From: Camelus ferus
Taxonomy: Eukaryota
Assembly (NCBI RefSeq): GCF_009834535.1
Contig: NC_045697.1
Location: 50,284,001-50,348,000, forward strand
DNA: 64,000 bases
Direction: 5' to 3'
Shown here: piece after piece, positions 38,301 through 51,579 of the stretch
Layout of the letters: each line of letters starts with the position of its first letter
How positions within the stretch are numbered: position 1 is the first letter of the stretch
The notes under the pieces: model-generated
Told to the model about the DNA's origin: nothing
Seen by the model: the letters and a program-made list of their open reading frames with translations, nothing else
Databases searched by the model: none
Program-made: the position numbers and the translations under genes

Positions 38301-39099
38301 CACATATTCTTTAAAAACACACACACATAGAAAACCAGTCTTAAGTTCCCTCTCTATGGGACCAAAATGCCTTGGTCTGGACTTGATTTTGCTGAGAATT
38401 TTTCATTCATTTGAGAGAGGGGTGAATGAAGTTGGGAATTCAGTTCTGAACATTTTCATCTTCTCACCTGGTCCCACCTACTGGACTGACATTCTTCACT
38501 GAGGCTTCGTGGGTTCTTCCAACTCCTGATGAGAAAGGAAGGTGCTGCTCCTTTGGAGGCTGTCATCACCTCAGCAATAAATGGAGCCTGGTCTTTCTCT
38601 GCATACTCTCTTTAAAACTCTGACATGATCATTGGCAGGAAAAGACATTCAGCATGTTGGGAAGATGTGGAATTAGATCAGGCTCAAAATCTTCCAACAG
38701 TCAATCAAAATGTGAGCCAACTAAAGAACTGTGAAAGGTCCAAAGAAATGATAAATTGTCACTGTTTTCTGCACAGAGTATTCAGCTAATTGAGTGAACT
38801 TTTCTCCAAAATTTAGATGTTGAAACCAATATGTGGTTTTTCCTACATGTTTGAACTGTGGGGATGAAGTTCTCTTTGTGTCAAATAAGGAAGAATAATA
38901 CCTGTGTAATGTTCATGTTCATTTCCTTGGTATAAACCTGAAATTGGCAATTGATTTTTAAAATATTTTTATATTGTTTTATGATATCTTAGAGTGTATA
39001 AAGTATGATTATTTGGAAATTAAGTTGTTTTCTATAACAATACATTTCACAAATAATAATAAATTATATATATTGTAAATGTACATATACAAATTAAAA

Positions 39100-39600
39100 T
39101 CCTCCATCTCATTAAACAAGGAAAATGAATATTAAAAATCACAATACAATATCTCTACAGAACCCCCAGAACAAATAAAAGAGTACTGACAATACCAAGT
39201 GCTGGTGACGATGTGAAGCAGCTGCATCTCTGATACATTTACCTGATGAGTGTGAAAATAGTTTCAGTCACTTCGGAGGACTGCTTGGCAGGATATAAAT
39301 TTTCCACATACACATACCGTATGACTCAGTAATTAAACTCCTAAGATTACACAGAGAAGTACTTGCATATTCAAAACAGCATTATTCATAATAGCCCCAA
39401 AGTACGAATGAGCCATATGTCTTTCAACAGCCAATGATAAATAGACTGGATACAGTCAGAGTGGAGTGCAACGTGGCAATGACAAGGGACAGGCTCCAGC
39501 TACGTGCAACAACATGGGGAAGCCTCACAACACGATGCTGAGCAACGGGAGCCAGACACAAAGAATACACACTGTATGATTCCAGCCATATGAAATGTAA
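39100..39600 (+). mobile_element. Old L1M ORF2 3' fragment
   Basis: 'actgacaataccaagtgctggtgacgatgtgaagcagctg...ccgtatgactcagtaatt...cagcattattcataatagcccc...agccagacacaaagaatacacactgtatgattcca'. Confidence 0.85.
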
Positions 39601-39649
39601 GCGGTGACTCTGACTTATGATTTTAAAAACTTAGATTTTCTTCCATTGT

Positions 39650-41060
39650 AGTATTTCTGTAATCTGAAAAAAATAACTCTAAAGGTTATCTGGATGAATA
39701 AACAGGTAAAGAAGCTAAGAAAAATTTAATATCAATACTGACAAGAGTTACTTCACTCTATCTGGTTGTAAAATATGTTGTAAATGACAATCATTGAAAC
39801 AGTTTTGAACTAGGACACAAAACCATAGGAAGTTCAAAGGAATGGAAAATGTTCCTATGAAAGATGCTAACAGCTATTACATTTATGTGAAATAATTTAC
39901 TAATTATAAAGCACTCTCTTCAAATGAAATAAGAAGGGCTATATGAAGTATCATTAAAACACTTTACTGAAGCATATACATTTAGTAAGTTGCACTTGAG
40001 GAATTATTATGAACTAAAACACATCCATGTAGGTCAAGAAATGGCACTCTGGAAGCCCTTTCTCATATCCCTTCCAATCTCTACCCTCTCCCTTCTTCTT
40101 AAAACTAGCTACTATCCTGACTTCAACATCATAGATTAGTTTTGCCTGTTTTTAAACTGTGTATAACTGAAATAATATTGCACATACTATTTTGTGTCTG
40201 CTATCTTTCACTCAATATTGGGCTTAAAGTATTTTAAAAATATCAAGAAAAATGATGTTATTTGCAAATTAAGTTTATTTCACAATGTAATGTACACTAA
40301 CATTAAGAGCTAGAAGAAAAGCTATTGGAACTTTAAGTGAGGAAAGATGTTTACAACATAAAATAAATGAAGGTAACCACAAAGGAATAAATTGCTAGAG
40401 CTGACAATTAAAATTATATCTACATCAATACTGCTGTAAAAAGTAAAAGTTGAATGAGCAACTGGGAAAAATATGTACACAAAACATGACAGAAAAACAT
40501 TAACATGTACTTTATATATAAATAATTTTGATAAATCAATTAAAAAACATATTGCCCCAACGGAAAATTGGACTAAGCCATAAAGACACAAATCATGGAT
40601 ATGAATCAGCATAAGGAGATAACCATTTTGGGTATCTAATCAGCAAAAAGGTTTCAATTTGAAGAACTCTATCCTAAGGTAATAATCTAAATTTCACCCA
40701 AATATTTACATATAAAGATACTTTATAATACTTAAAACAATCTAAATGTTTAAGGCAAATTATCTTATAGGTAATAAAACATTTTTACTTTGAGATGCTA
40801 TTTAGCCATTAAAGTTGTGCTGTTAATGTTTGATGATAAAGAAAAAGTGTTGAGTGTATAATGCACATTACAAAATGAAGAAATCTTAAATATATTTTGT
40901 GAATGTGTTCATGTGTGTATGTCTTTTTGTAAAGAAATGTGGATGAAATTGCTTCAGCATGATGGCTCTGGTCACCTCAGGGCGATTGGTGAATTAGAAT
41001 GACTTTCAGTTCCTTCGATCTAATTGTCCAGATTTTCCAAATTTTCTACGTTGAGTTCTT
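39650..41060. mobile_element. Composite of old L1 fragments: + strand about 39650-39850 and 40250-41060, - strand 3' end about 39950-40225
   Basis: Antisense 3' UTR 'ctactatcctgacttcaacatcatagattagttttgcctgtttttaaact...tgtgtctgctatctttcactcaatatt'. Flanking A-rich sense ORF2-like sequence such as 'ggaaaattggactaag'. Confidence 0.6.
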
Positions 41061-42735
41061 TCAATCCTTTTATTTAGTCAACAAATACATATTCCTCAGG
41101 AGCTGTTATGGTTGGAAGACAAAGGTTAGAGAAGAGGAGACTGTCTAGGAATCATGATGCAGCGAAGGAAGGGAAAAGGTCAAGTGGAAAGTTTCCAGGT
41201 GTCCTGTGTCAGAATCACCACTCAAGCCCAGTGGACAAGTTCCTTCCATGGATGTGGACTATGTCTCATTATGTTTCTGTGTTACTCTGCACAAAGTTCA
41301 GCTTTACCTGAGCTTTCTTTTCTCTGGATGTTGTGCACACACTTGTCACTGAATCCAATTTTTGTCCATGAACACAAGCAAAAAATTAATGGATTTTGTA
41401 CCGACACAAAAATAACTGCTGATTGAAGAGGGAATAATTCTCACGTAGTTCACAATAGAACCAGTTTTTACCTCTGCAGTGTTTTCATTGTCTGATAGAA
41501 CCAGATAATTTTTAGGAAACACTGAAATAAAGTTTTATCTTAAAACAAGGTAAAGCTAACAGCTCTGCTTGTTACCAAAGGAGGAGTTAACGTTTGCAGG
41601 TTCAGCCTCCATCTGCACACACTTCAGCTTGCATCGAGTGCAGACACCCCTGCAGCAGACATCATCCTGAAAGCAGCCATGGGCTGTTTGTCAGACTTTC
41701 ACTCACTTTTTTGTACCCATCAGGCTTCTCTGGCTCAGATGGCTACTGTCCAGTCTGGAACAGAGTGATCCACTCCTTTGTCCAAAGGCTGAAAAAATGC
41801 ATTTAAAATGTATTTTGCTCTATTGTTTTTTTTTTAAGATGTTTCTGAGAACACTGGGCCTGGTGTAGATTCAGACAGTAGTTTGACCAGAATCCAGCTC
41901 ATTTGTTAATCAAAAAGAAAGTACAAGTTATTTCTGGAACCTAATCTGGAAGCGATAAAAGAGTAACTGAGCCACCCAAGGCATAAGTGTTGCTGATTCG
42001 TTTTCGCATGTTCTTACTCATGCATTTATTGTCCATTTAAGTCAATAAAATAATGATAATACATAAATACACCCCTTATTAGATGCACATCTTCTTTGAA
42101 AGTAAATTCTCCACACTTTTCCAACAACTCTCCTAATGCCTGCTTTTTAAACAAATGCCTCCAGGACCTGATAGTAGACCAGGGGAATATTCTCATTCAC
42201 TTTCTATTAAATAATTTTGAAATAAAACCCACTGTGGCCCCAGGGAGGAAGTGTCTCAGCTACGGATGGGATGTGTGGCCCATTTACTTAGTGAGGCCCA
42301 ACTGTTCTGCAGCACAGACTAGGCATCAGGGTGGTCCCCACCGCCACCCACTTTCCTCCTTTCTTCCTCTTCTACCTGGAGCCTTGAGGCTGTTCGTGTC
42401 CTGAGACTCATGCTGCTGACCAGCTCTTCTTGTTCTCAGTTCTGTTTATCCAAGTTTTCTGTGATATTCACTTTGCCATTACAATGCTTTACAAAATTGT
42501 GTAGTGAGATGGCATCCTGGGTCCCATTCTTATGTAGGTACCAACCTGGTAAATATTAAATGTTGCAGAAAATCACCACGCTAAATTAAATAAGACAGAG
42601 CTCAATTACCTGAATACAAATTACCTTAGAGTCTCAGGCTTCTCCTTGCTATTACCTAAATAAAAACAAAATGCAGAAATATTTCTCAGTTTTCCTTGTT
42701 CACGTTTTCTATACTATTTTACGTAAGATATGGCT

Positions 42736-42886
42736 TAAATTTTTTTTTGTTGTAACTATGTTTGGTGATGCATGTTAACTAGACTTACTGTGGTGATTGT
42801 TTCAAAATGTATACGAGGATCAGATCATTGCATTGTGCATCTAAAACTAATGTAATATTACAGGCCAACTATGCCTCAATAAAAAA
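42736..42886 (+). mobile_element. Short 5'-truncated L1 3' UTR with 12-bp TSD (11/12 match)
   Basis: Body reads 'gtaactatgtttggtgatgcatgttaactagacttactgtggtgat...ctaaaactaatgtaatattac...tatgcctcaataaaaaa'. TSD taagatatggct (42724-42735) and taaggtatggct (42887-42898). Confidence 0.8.
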
Positions 42887-43374
42887 TAAGGTATGGCTAA
42901 TCTCTGGGGACAAATCCTTTGTGTAAATGATCCAATTAAATACATTTTTTTTCTGTTACCAAAAGTCAATATTACATAAAATACCCTCTCCAGGCCTTAG
43001 TTTCCTCATGTATATAATGAGTCGGATTTTTATGAACACAGAGTTTCCTTCCAGTCTGAAATCTCCAGATCTTGCTATTTATGAGTGGTACCTGGGGCCA
43101 GTGGTGAGAAGGCACATGATACATAAGTAAGTTGGCCACACTCCCTTCTATGTCAACCCTGGGCTGTTTGCATACTTCATAGCATTTAACACATTTTGGT
43201 GAAACAATTTTTTTTTCACATTGTTCTTCCCTTCTAGTCTGTGGGTTCGTTGGTAAAATACTTAACATTTACTCCTCTCTACAGATGACACACCATGATG
43301 ATACCAAAGTTTCTGTACCTTACAAGGGATTAAATGGTTTCTAGATGACCATGTAACTGACCACAATCTAGAAC

Positions 43375-43589
43375 AGGAGTCTGTAAACCATGGTCTGTTG
43401 GCCAAATCCACCCACTGTTTGTTTTGGAAATAAAGTATTTTTGGAACACTGTGCCCCCATTCATTTACGTATGGTCAGTGGCTGCTTTCCCACTACCACC
43501 ACAGAATTGAATAGTTGTGATGGAGACCATATGACTCAAAAAGGCTGAAATATTTACTATGTCTTTGCAGAAAAGTTGGCTGATGCCTG
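43375..43589 (+). mobile_element. MER58A hAT-Charlie MITE, near full length
   Basis: 'caggagtctgtaaaccatgg...ggccaaatcc...aataaagt..ttggaacac...cattcatttacgtat...ggctgctttc...gagaccatatg...aatatttactat...tttgcagaaaagttggctgatgcctg'. CAGG...CCTG termini, preceded by 'atctagaa' (hAT-type target). Confidence 0.88.
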
Positions 43590-44199
43590 AGTTAGAGCAT
43601 GAGAAATGAATTGCTTTCTAAGGAAAAACCCAAGAGCCCCAGCATCTTAAAGTTAATCCTGTTCTCCCACAATCCCCTGAGAATACTTCTCTTCTAAAAT
43701 GTGTGCCATATATTTGTAACTTATCTTTTCCACTAGACTCTGGAGATATAGTTAGCTTCTTTCAAATTTTTAGCCACTTACTCCTTAGGAGAATTTTGGA
43801 AAAACTAATATGTTTTTAAGTTGAGATCTAGAGAGTTTTATTAGACATTTAGATCGTTGCAAAGGATATAACTTTGTGCAGATGTGTAGATGTAAATATT
43901 CACACTTTAAAATAAAACTGTTACATCCAAGAGAATGTATACATCAAAGCGTTTGATACCCAGTATCATCCACCTAAGAAGAGTTAGTTAGGATGGAGAA
44001 AAGCACAAGAGAAAATTGCTGCTACTCTAAGGATAACAAGCCAGAGAGTCTACAAAATCCTGGTTTGTGGAGCCCATTAGAGAACTGAGGTTGCAAGGTT
44101 GTCACCTGATGAGTTGTGTGCTCCATGAGGGCACCCACCTGCCAGCTCTGTCCTCAGGTCTCTGCCTTATAAGATGACTTTAACAAGTGCCTACTAGAA

Positions 44200-44390
44200 A
44201 GATCTGGTCAGGGATTGGGGTCACCTACAGAGGGGTACAAGGAGACTTTTGGGGATGAAAGGTCCATTCTATATATTGTATTGGGGGTTGCAAGATAAAT
44301 AAAAGGATCAAAATTCATCAAAATTATTCACTTAAAAGAAGTGGATTCTATTATATGTAAATTATACTTCAGTAAAGCTGAAAAAAACAT
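44200..44390 (+). mobile_element. Old L1M 3' UTR fragment
   Basis: 'ggggtacaaggagacttttggggatgaaagg...ttctatat...tcaaaattcatcaaattattcacttaa...tattatatgtaaattatacttcagtaaag'. Confidence 0.75.
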
Positions 44391-44529
44391 ACTTTGGGGT
44401 AAAACAAGTGGCAGAATTTTGTAAGCAACATGATACTCCTTACATAATTTTTAAAACATGAAAAAGACTAAATAGTGTTTATGGATAAGAACATTCATGG
44501 AAATGATAAATACCCAGCTTGAGATCAAA

Positions 44530-45025
44530 GCGCGCCAGCACCACACCTCCAGTCCTTGTCGGGTTTCTGGGCTCAGTGAGGGAGGCAGCCCACCATCGGG
44601 AGCTGTGCGAGGCGCCAGTAGGGGTGTTGGGAGGAGCTTGTCACAGGGTCCAAATTTGTGCTAGGATTTGGGGAAGGATTCTGTGAAGCATGGTTTTGCT
44701 CTGAGGCTTTCAGAAAGTCAGGGCAATTCTGGATAATTGGGTATCTTAACCATTTTTAACTAGGAGGAATGAAGTGAAACTTCATTGGAAAGAGTCAGCA
44801 AAATTGAGCTCTTACTCATGTTAGCTGGACCAAGGGGATGCTTAGATATTTTTGTAACTTCCCAGTGTTCTTGTTTTCATCTATGCTCAGACATGCTTAC
44901 TATTTGGTCTTGCTCTAATATAGTGACAAGAGTGGTTTTGTATGGTTTTCTGTTAAATTGTTTGTGTTCAGCAGGAAGACACCAAGGCCATTTCCAAGCT
45001 GATAGAAGCCAGGTGTGTTTTTTTC
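44530..45025. mobile_element. Probable old ERV LTR remnant (family not assigned)
   Basis: Composition shift plus LTR-like motifs 'gaagcatggttttgctctg', 'gggcaattct..ataattgggtatcttaa', 'tgtgttcagcaggaagacaccaaggcc'. Confidence 0.4.
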
Positions 45026-45039
45026 ATACTCAGTCTAAA

Positions 45040-45275
45040 ATAAAACTTCTCACTGTTTCTCTCCCCTTATACTGCTTTATTTTTATTTGTTATTTTTCTT
45101 TATAGCACATGCCACTCATCACCATAATACACCAAACATGTTGTTTATTTGTCCATTATCTATATCATTCTACATGTAAATTCCACAGAAGTCAGTATTC
45201 ACTTGTTTCATCCATAGTACCTTTTTACTTTCCAGGAATATAGTAGATGTTCAATATGTATTTGCTGAATGAATT
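45040..45275 (+). mobile_element. L2 3' end
   Basis: 'ctgctttatttttatt...tatagcac...ttgtttatttgtc...atgtaaattccacag...atagtagatgttcaatatgtatttgctgaatgaat'. Confidence 0.75.
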
Positions 45276-46264
45276 TGTTCAATAATTTAATAATTTTCAC
45301 AATCACACATAAAAACAAATCAATTTATAAACAGCCAAAAGATGGACAAATATCATCTTCACAGTGTATGAAATTAAATATAATTCATATTTAAATAAAG
45401 GCACAATGAACAGATGGTTACCAAATGATGTATAGTAATGAATGCTGTATTGCTATAAATCATGGTGTGACTTTTACAATTTTCAAGTGTCTGACTATCT
45501 TTTACACAGAGTATAACTAGCTGTTTAATCTCTGCAAAAAAAAATGGGATTAAGGTATAAAAACAAAGTCCCCAGTTGGACAGGCTGCTAAAGTTGGACT
45601 AGTTACATACATATGAATGAATTATTACAGAACTTTTAAGAAGGAAGTCAAAAGTACTAATTTGATAATATACATTCATATATTTTGCACACCTGTATAA
45701 TAAATTTTTCTGTGAATACTCTTCTTAAGTTTCACAAAAATAAGTTTCATAAGAAACTTACTTTTATGAATTACACGCATACACTATTTAAAGCCACTGT
45801 TCATATTACTTTACTAAAATGCTGCTTATCTTTAAAGTGATGTATGTGTGTGCACATGCACATGTATGTGTATGCATTCCCCATTCACCACCCAGTGAGC
45901 TGATTGCTAGTAGAACAAACAGAACTGAAAACCTCCTGCAATGTTGCCAGCCAGTGAATGCTCAGGGGCACTGTCTTGAAAGTGACTGGGTCAGTGTGCC
46001 CTCAGTTATGAAATTAACCTTCATAAAAATTCCTGCAGCAGAGCCTTCTAAAATATTTCCTTTTTATTTCTATTTCTCTCATGAGGTCTCATTATTATTT
46101 CCCTTTTAGGGAAATAAGTCATATTGACCTGTTGTAAAAATTGAAAACTCAAAATATTTAACATTTGAGGAAATGAAAAATTAAAGCTTCTATACTTCTA
46201 AGGTCTATATCTCCATAATCAAAGTCAATGGAAGAACCAATCTATTGGATCAGTCCAATCTAAC

Positions 46265-46945
46265 AATAATAATACACGTTAGCCATCATTTATTGCCACT
46301 ATGTGCCAGCTAATGTGATAAATGCTTTACACGCATTATCTCCTTTAACTCTTAGAACACTGAGATTTATAACTCCCATCTTAGAGACAAAAAACAAAGG
46401 ATAAGAGACATCAAATTTCACCTTATAATTGACAAAGTAGGCTCATAAACTGTGGTAGACAGAACAACTCCACAAAGAAGACTGAGTTCTACTCCCCAGA
46501 ACCTGTGAATATGTTACTTTACAAGGCAAAGGGGACTTAACAGATAAGAGTAAGGTTTTTGAGAGGGACGATTATCCTGAATTCCAATGTGATCACAATT
46601 ATCTTTATAAAAAGGAGGTGGGAGCATCAGATCAGAGAATAGATGTGACTACAGCAACAGAGGATGGAGTGAAGTAATTTGAGATGAAACAAGCAGCTAT
46701 GAGCCAAAGAATAAAAGTATTCTCTAAAAGCTGGAGAAGGCAAGGAAAAGATTTTCCTTTAGGGCCTCCAGCGGAATGCAGCCGCAATGACACCTAGATT
46801 TTAGTCTTGTAATCCCATTTCAGACTTCTGACCTCTGGAACTATAAGATAATAAATTTGTGTTGCTTTACACCACTAAGTTTGCGGTAACTTGTTACAGC
46901 AGCAACAGGAAACTAATACATAAACCAATGTCTGTCTGACCCCTC
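46265..46945 (-). mobile_element. MIR SINE split by an MLT1D LTR (pieces about 46265-46450 and 46921-46945)
   Basis: Left piece 'catttattg..actatgtgccag...aatgctttacacgcattatctcctttaactct...actcccatcttagaga'. Right piece 'aaccaatgtctgtctgaccc'. Confidence 0.7.
46451..46920 (+). mobile_element. MLT1D MaLR solo LTR, full length, with perfect 5-bp TSD
   Basis: TG...CA termini ('tgtggtagacagaa' to 'cagcaacaggaaactaataca'). TSD taaac at 46446-46450 and 46921-46925. Confidence 0.92.
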
Positions 46946-48346
46946 TGTTATATCGCCATGTGATAAGATGTGTGTTTTAGCTGACTCAGCAACTGGTTGG
47001 TTATATCAGACAAATTAAGCTGAAGGAAAGCTGTAATCTCCCTCTAATTAATGGAAGTCATATTTCGTCTGCATATTTGCAACTTGCTTCATGAAACATG
47101 ACCTCTGCTTCCGTTGTATATGCTAAGGAAGTGTGTTCTTTCAATGAGTTGTTCCAGATGAAGTTACTTTGTGTGCTCTGTCCAAAAAAGATCTTTAATT
47201 TATTTAGGGATGAGTAATAAGCAATTTCAATATTATATTCAGTCATCTGTTCTTATTGTACAACTGCTTGATCTTCTAGTTTTAACATGCATATTGATTT
47301 GGCCACTCAACCTAATCTCTTTGTGTGTATGTTTTGAAAAGCAGGAAGGTGAAAACCAAGCTACAGCTAATGCTTCATCAAAGTAGAATTACAAACCAGG
47401 ATAATTATAACTGTTTTTATCAGCAATCTTCCTTTAGCAGGTATCTCATTATGGGATTAATGTCTTTTCTTAAATATCAGCCCCTATGGTAAGGTGATCT
47501 GAGGTGAATTGTCCATTTTTTAAGGGAGAGAATCACCATGTGTCAGTTTCTCTTCTACTTCAAAAAGTGAAGTTCAACAAAGATGGAAGCTTTCTGAGAG
47601 ATGATGGTAAATGTCACATGCTGGCAATGCCTCCTTTCATTTACCAAATATTCATTGAGCACCTATGACATATTGTAGGAGCTGAGATCACACTATTGGA
47701 TGAACTAGACAAAGAGTGGGGTTTATTTTCAAGTGTGCAAGATAAAAATAACAGTAACATATACAAACATAAAGATTAGAGGTTTCATGAAGAAAATACA
47801 GTAGAACTGAAAGTGGATGTATTGTAAGACCAACATCTGGTTTCAATACCCAGAACAGAAGAAAAAGTGGAGAAACAGTTATCTCAGAGTTAGCTCATTT
47901 CATTATAAATAAATCATTGTGGGAAATGTAGACCTTATGAGGGGGAAAAGGAGAAAGACCATTTACTACAGATCTTGTACATTGGTTCATCTGTTTAGTT
48001 GACATATGCATTCAATGATAACTCTTTTCACCACAAGCCCTCTATTACCAAAGACTGGGCAACTTAGAGGCTGATTTTGCTCTCTGGGTAATGTATTCCA
48101 AAACCTTGTGTAACCCAGAAGTCTTGGGATGTTAAAGAGGTCACTTCTAGTCTAAGTGTCTTGTTATTCATCTCCAATCAGGCTTGATAGGGAAGTGTTT
48201 TCACACTCTGTAAAACAACTGGCCACCAAACTTCTTACCTGTGGAGAACAGATAAGGTAGAAAATCCACCTGAGACATGGCATACACACATGGATCTCTC
48301 TTTGCTGTTTCTGAGAGCCCAGAGTTTCCCTCTTTATATATCTTAG

Positions 48347-48953
48347 TGTATTAGTTTAGTATTGCTGCTGGAAAAAATCACCACAAACTCAGTGTTTAAA
48401 TAACACAGATTTGTTGTCACTTTGTTAACAGTTCTGGGGGGCGTATATAAATCAAGGTACGAAGAGGGCATATTCATTTCTAGAGGCTCTAGTAGTTTGC
48501 TATTGTTATCTACAGGTTGTTATTAGAAATTAGTGCCTTGTGACTGTAGGGCTGAGATTTCCACTTGCTTGTTAGCTGTCAACTGAGGGCCATCCCTAGA
48601 TTCTAGAAGATTCTCTCATTCCTTGGCTCATGGCCCTGTTCCTCCACCTTCAGATCCAGCAATGGCAGGTCAAGTAACTTTCACATCTCTCCCTGACTCT
48701 TCTTCTATCCTCTGACCCTTCTTTCTTTGTCATCTCTCTCTCTATGACCATGGTCAGGAAAGATTTTCTACTTTTAAAGACTCCTATGATTACATTGGGC
48801 TCACCTAGATAATCTAGGAAAATTTTTCCATCTCAAGGTCCTAAATGTTAATCACATCTGCAAAGTCCCTTTTGCCATGTAAAATAGCATATTCACAGGT
48901 TCTACAGATTAGGATGGGGACATGTTTGGAGGGCAATTTTTCTTTCTACCACA
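48347..48953 (-). mobile_element. MaLR solo LTR (MLT1E-like), near full length
   Basis: 'tgtattagtt..tattgctgct..aa..caccacaaactcagtg' to 'taatcacatctgcaaagtcccttttgccatgtaa..tagcatattcacaggttct...ctaccaca'. Flanks cttag and ctgag (4/5 TSD). Confidence 0.88.
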
Positions 48954-49021
48954 CTGAGTTTGGGGGCAGAGTTAAGAAGGTGAGAAAAATGAAGGAAGGG
49001 AGGAATTACAGCTGCTGCAGC

Positions 49022-49135
49022 TGTGTGTATGTGTGTGTGTGCATGTAATGTGTGTATGCTTGAGTGTGTAATGGCTGAAACCGCATCTATGTGTGTGAAT
49101 GTAATGCATGCAGGTGTGTGGTGTGTGTGTGTGCA
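49022..49135. repeat. Degenerate (TG)n-rich tract
   Basis: Interrupted TG/TA/CA alternation directly visible. Confidence 0.85.
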
Positions 49136-51094
49136 AACTAAAATGCGTATATATAGGTGTTCATTATGAATAGAGAGCTACTTTTTTAAAGCTCTTAGTT
49201 GCATAGACAAAAACTTTAATAACAGAAGATTATAAACATTATGTTGATATTGCAAAGGATAGCCTCCTTTCCCTCATTCTTTCTTCTTCAAATTCATTAG
49301 ACTCCAATCCACAGTGTGGGCATGGAGATATTAATTACATGCCATTCTGAATGAGTCCAAGTGTGAAGAAAATAATCTTTATTCCTACTCCTAGATGCAA
49401 GAGTTCTAAATTGAGACTATTAAATGGACCACTTTCTCTGAGTTGAATTTTCTATGAAGGAAATAGGTTCAATGAATTTAATTGGTTGTTCAGTGGAGTG
49501 AGGAATATTAAACTGCTCCCTCCATGGAGACATAGCCTTTCAATATAGCTTTGGATAGTGTCTTGAATATAAAATAAAACTTGGTTATACTAGATTGCCA
49601 GTGATTCAAAATCTAAGATTATCTGAGTTGGCAATAGGTAAAAGTATACCCATGTGATATTGGTTCTAGTTGGATCTTATTAAGCAACTAAATATTGTAA
49701 ACAAGATTTTAAGAAAATATGCAAGTAGCTTAAAAATATAGTTGATACAAACAAGCAATACCCACTCCTGGTTTCTGTATATAAAATTAATTAAATTTCA
49801 TGAATTTAAAATGTTTTTAATAACAATCATGTTCTTAATTTTTAAATTTCACTTTATGGGTTTCCAAAACCTTTAACATGGTCAGCCTTAGAAACATTAC
49901 CTGAAAATGGTTATATAATAATTTGACCAAGCTGCCACTCTTTTCTTGCAGAGTCTGTAATTACTTAGCCTTTCCTGAATATGAATTCAGGAGGGGAAAT
50001 ATTTTCAATATCAATTGTCTTCATGCATAAGATCCTAGACATTGTTTTATACATTCACTAAAGTTTTATTGACAGACTGCTATTTATGAAACTGGGAATC
50101 ATATAAAAATCAGACCAGGTTTCCTCTGATACTTTTTAGAAGTTCATTACCTATGAAAGAATTCTAAGCCCTTATGACAATTTTAATAAAAAGCATGGTG
50201 TTTTGCTTTGTTTAATGTTTTCTTTTGCTGATTAAAAAAGTGAATTGTCTTAGGAAACATTTTAAATGTGGATGGAGCTATCTCTATGGTATCAAAATAG
50301 TGGTGATCACCCCAGGTCTTTCGGTTTTTGTAATTAACCTCTGCCTTCTACTACAAGTAATATGTAAGCTGTTTTTGCCAGCCGTTGATGTCAAAACTAA
50401 AAATTATCACGTTCAACACCCTGAGAAATCAGATAAAACGATCTTGTTCTGTTTCAGAGACTCCCAACCAACGGGCTACAGACATGCTGAGAGCCATTGA
50501 TCAGGCCCTCAGAGCTTTCATTTGTGCTGTCCTGAATGTGTGTGCCAGCTGTGCTGGTTCTGGCCGACACCAGAGCACACTGCTTTGTTACTGCAGGGCA
50601 ACATCTAATACACAGAGGGCATGGCTTTCTCCTAACCTGCTTCACTTCCAAAGGAACTGGCTTCAGCATCCCTTGTTTCCTCCTTTTTAATGATATTGAG
50701 CCTTAAGATTCTAAGGACCAAGAACTGAAACAGTGAAAAAGATCCATTAGGTCTCAACCCTTCGCCTTTCTGGTACAAAGAGAGGAAGAAAACCGAAGAT
50801 GTTATGAAGGTCTCAATTGTCCCTAGCACAGTGAAAAAGAGTCTTCTGTGCTTTGTATCGCTATGGCTTCTGAGACCCCAACAGCCTGACTCTATGAACG
50901 CTGAAAGAACCCACACCCATATTGGACACGGTTCCCAGCCCTTGTAAGGAGACCCAGTAACTTGAGAAAGGAAGGCTAAGATGAAGCACTGATATCTCCC
51001 ATTGAGGTGGAACTGGTAGGAGTGACAAAGAATTTTGTTAAAGTGTAATGAGAAAAAAATGAAATGTAAATTTCTCTTTTCTAATATTTAAATG

Positions 51095-51165
51095 GGAATG
51101 GGAGGTATATGGGAACTCTTTGTACCTAAAATTGCTCCAAAAATAAAGTTTATTAATTAAAAATA
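51095..51165 (+). mobile_element. Very short L1MC-type 3' end remnant
   Basis: 'ggtatatgggaactctttgtacctaaaattgctccaaaaataaagtttatt'. Confidence 0.6.
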
Positions 51166-51579
51166 TGTATTTATTTATTTTTCATTGTTAGTAAAAACAT
51201 TTATTTTGCATTTTATAAGAACAACCTGAAGTCTGCATCATGACTTGACAGTTATCCAGTGGTTTTCAGACAGTATTACCCATCTCAGTAGCGTGGTTCT
51301 GGGGACTAGGAATCCACAAACACAGGCTGGAGCTGGGAGGGAGGAGAGGGCACAGCAGGAGTGTATTTCAATCCTTTCTTGAAAAGAAAAGGCAGTAGAC
51401 CATTCTGAGTCACTGGAAGCCTATGCATATGGGGCTTCTAAAAACAAACACTGTACTGTGAACTCTTGGGGAAGGGGCAGGATTAGGACCCTGCTAGATA
51501 AAGCTGGTTTTAAATTTTATATGGAAAGACAGACAGTATTTCCATTAATACTTTTTAAGAAGTTCATCACCTATGAAAG

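Noticed and set aside
45280..45820. AT-rich stretch resembling a 3' UTR
   Set aside because: No terminal coding exon found next to it on either strand; composition alone is not evidence.
50225..50916. Overlapping ORFs and an acceptor-like site (ttgttctgtttcag at about 50457)
   Set aside because: No recognisable protein and no strong matching donor, so it cannot be supported as a coding exon.
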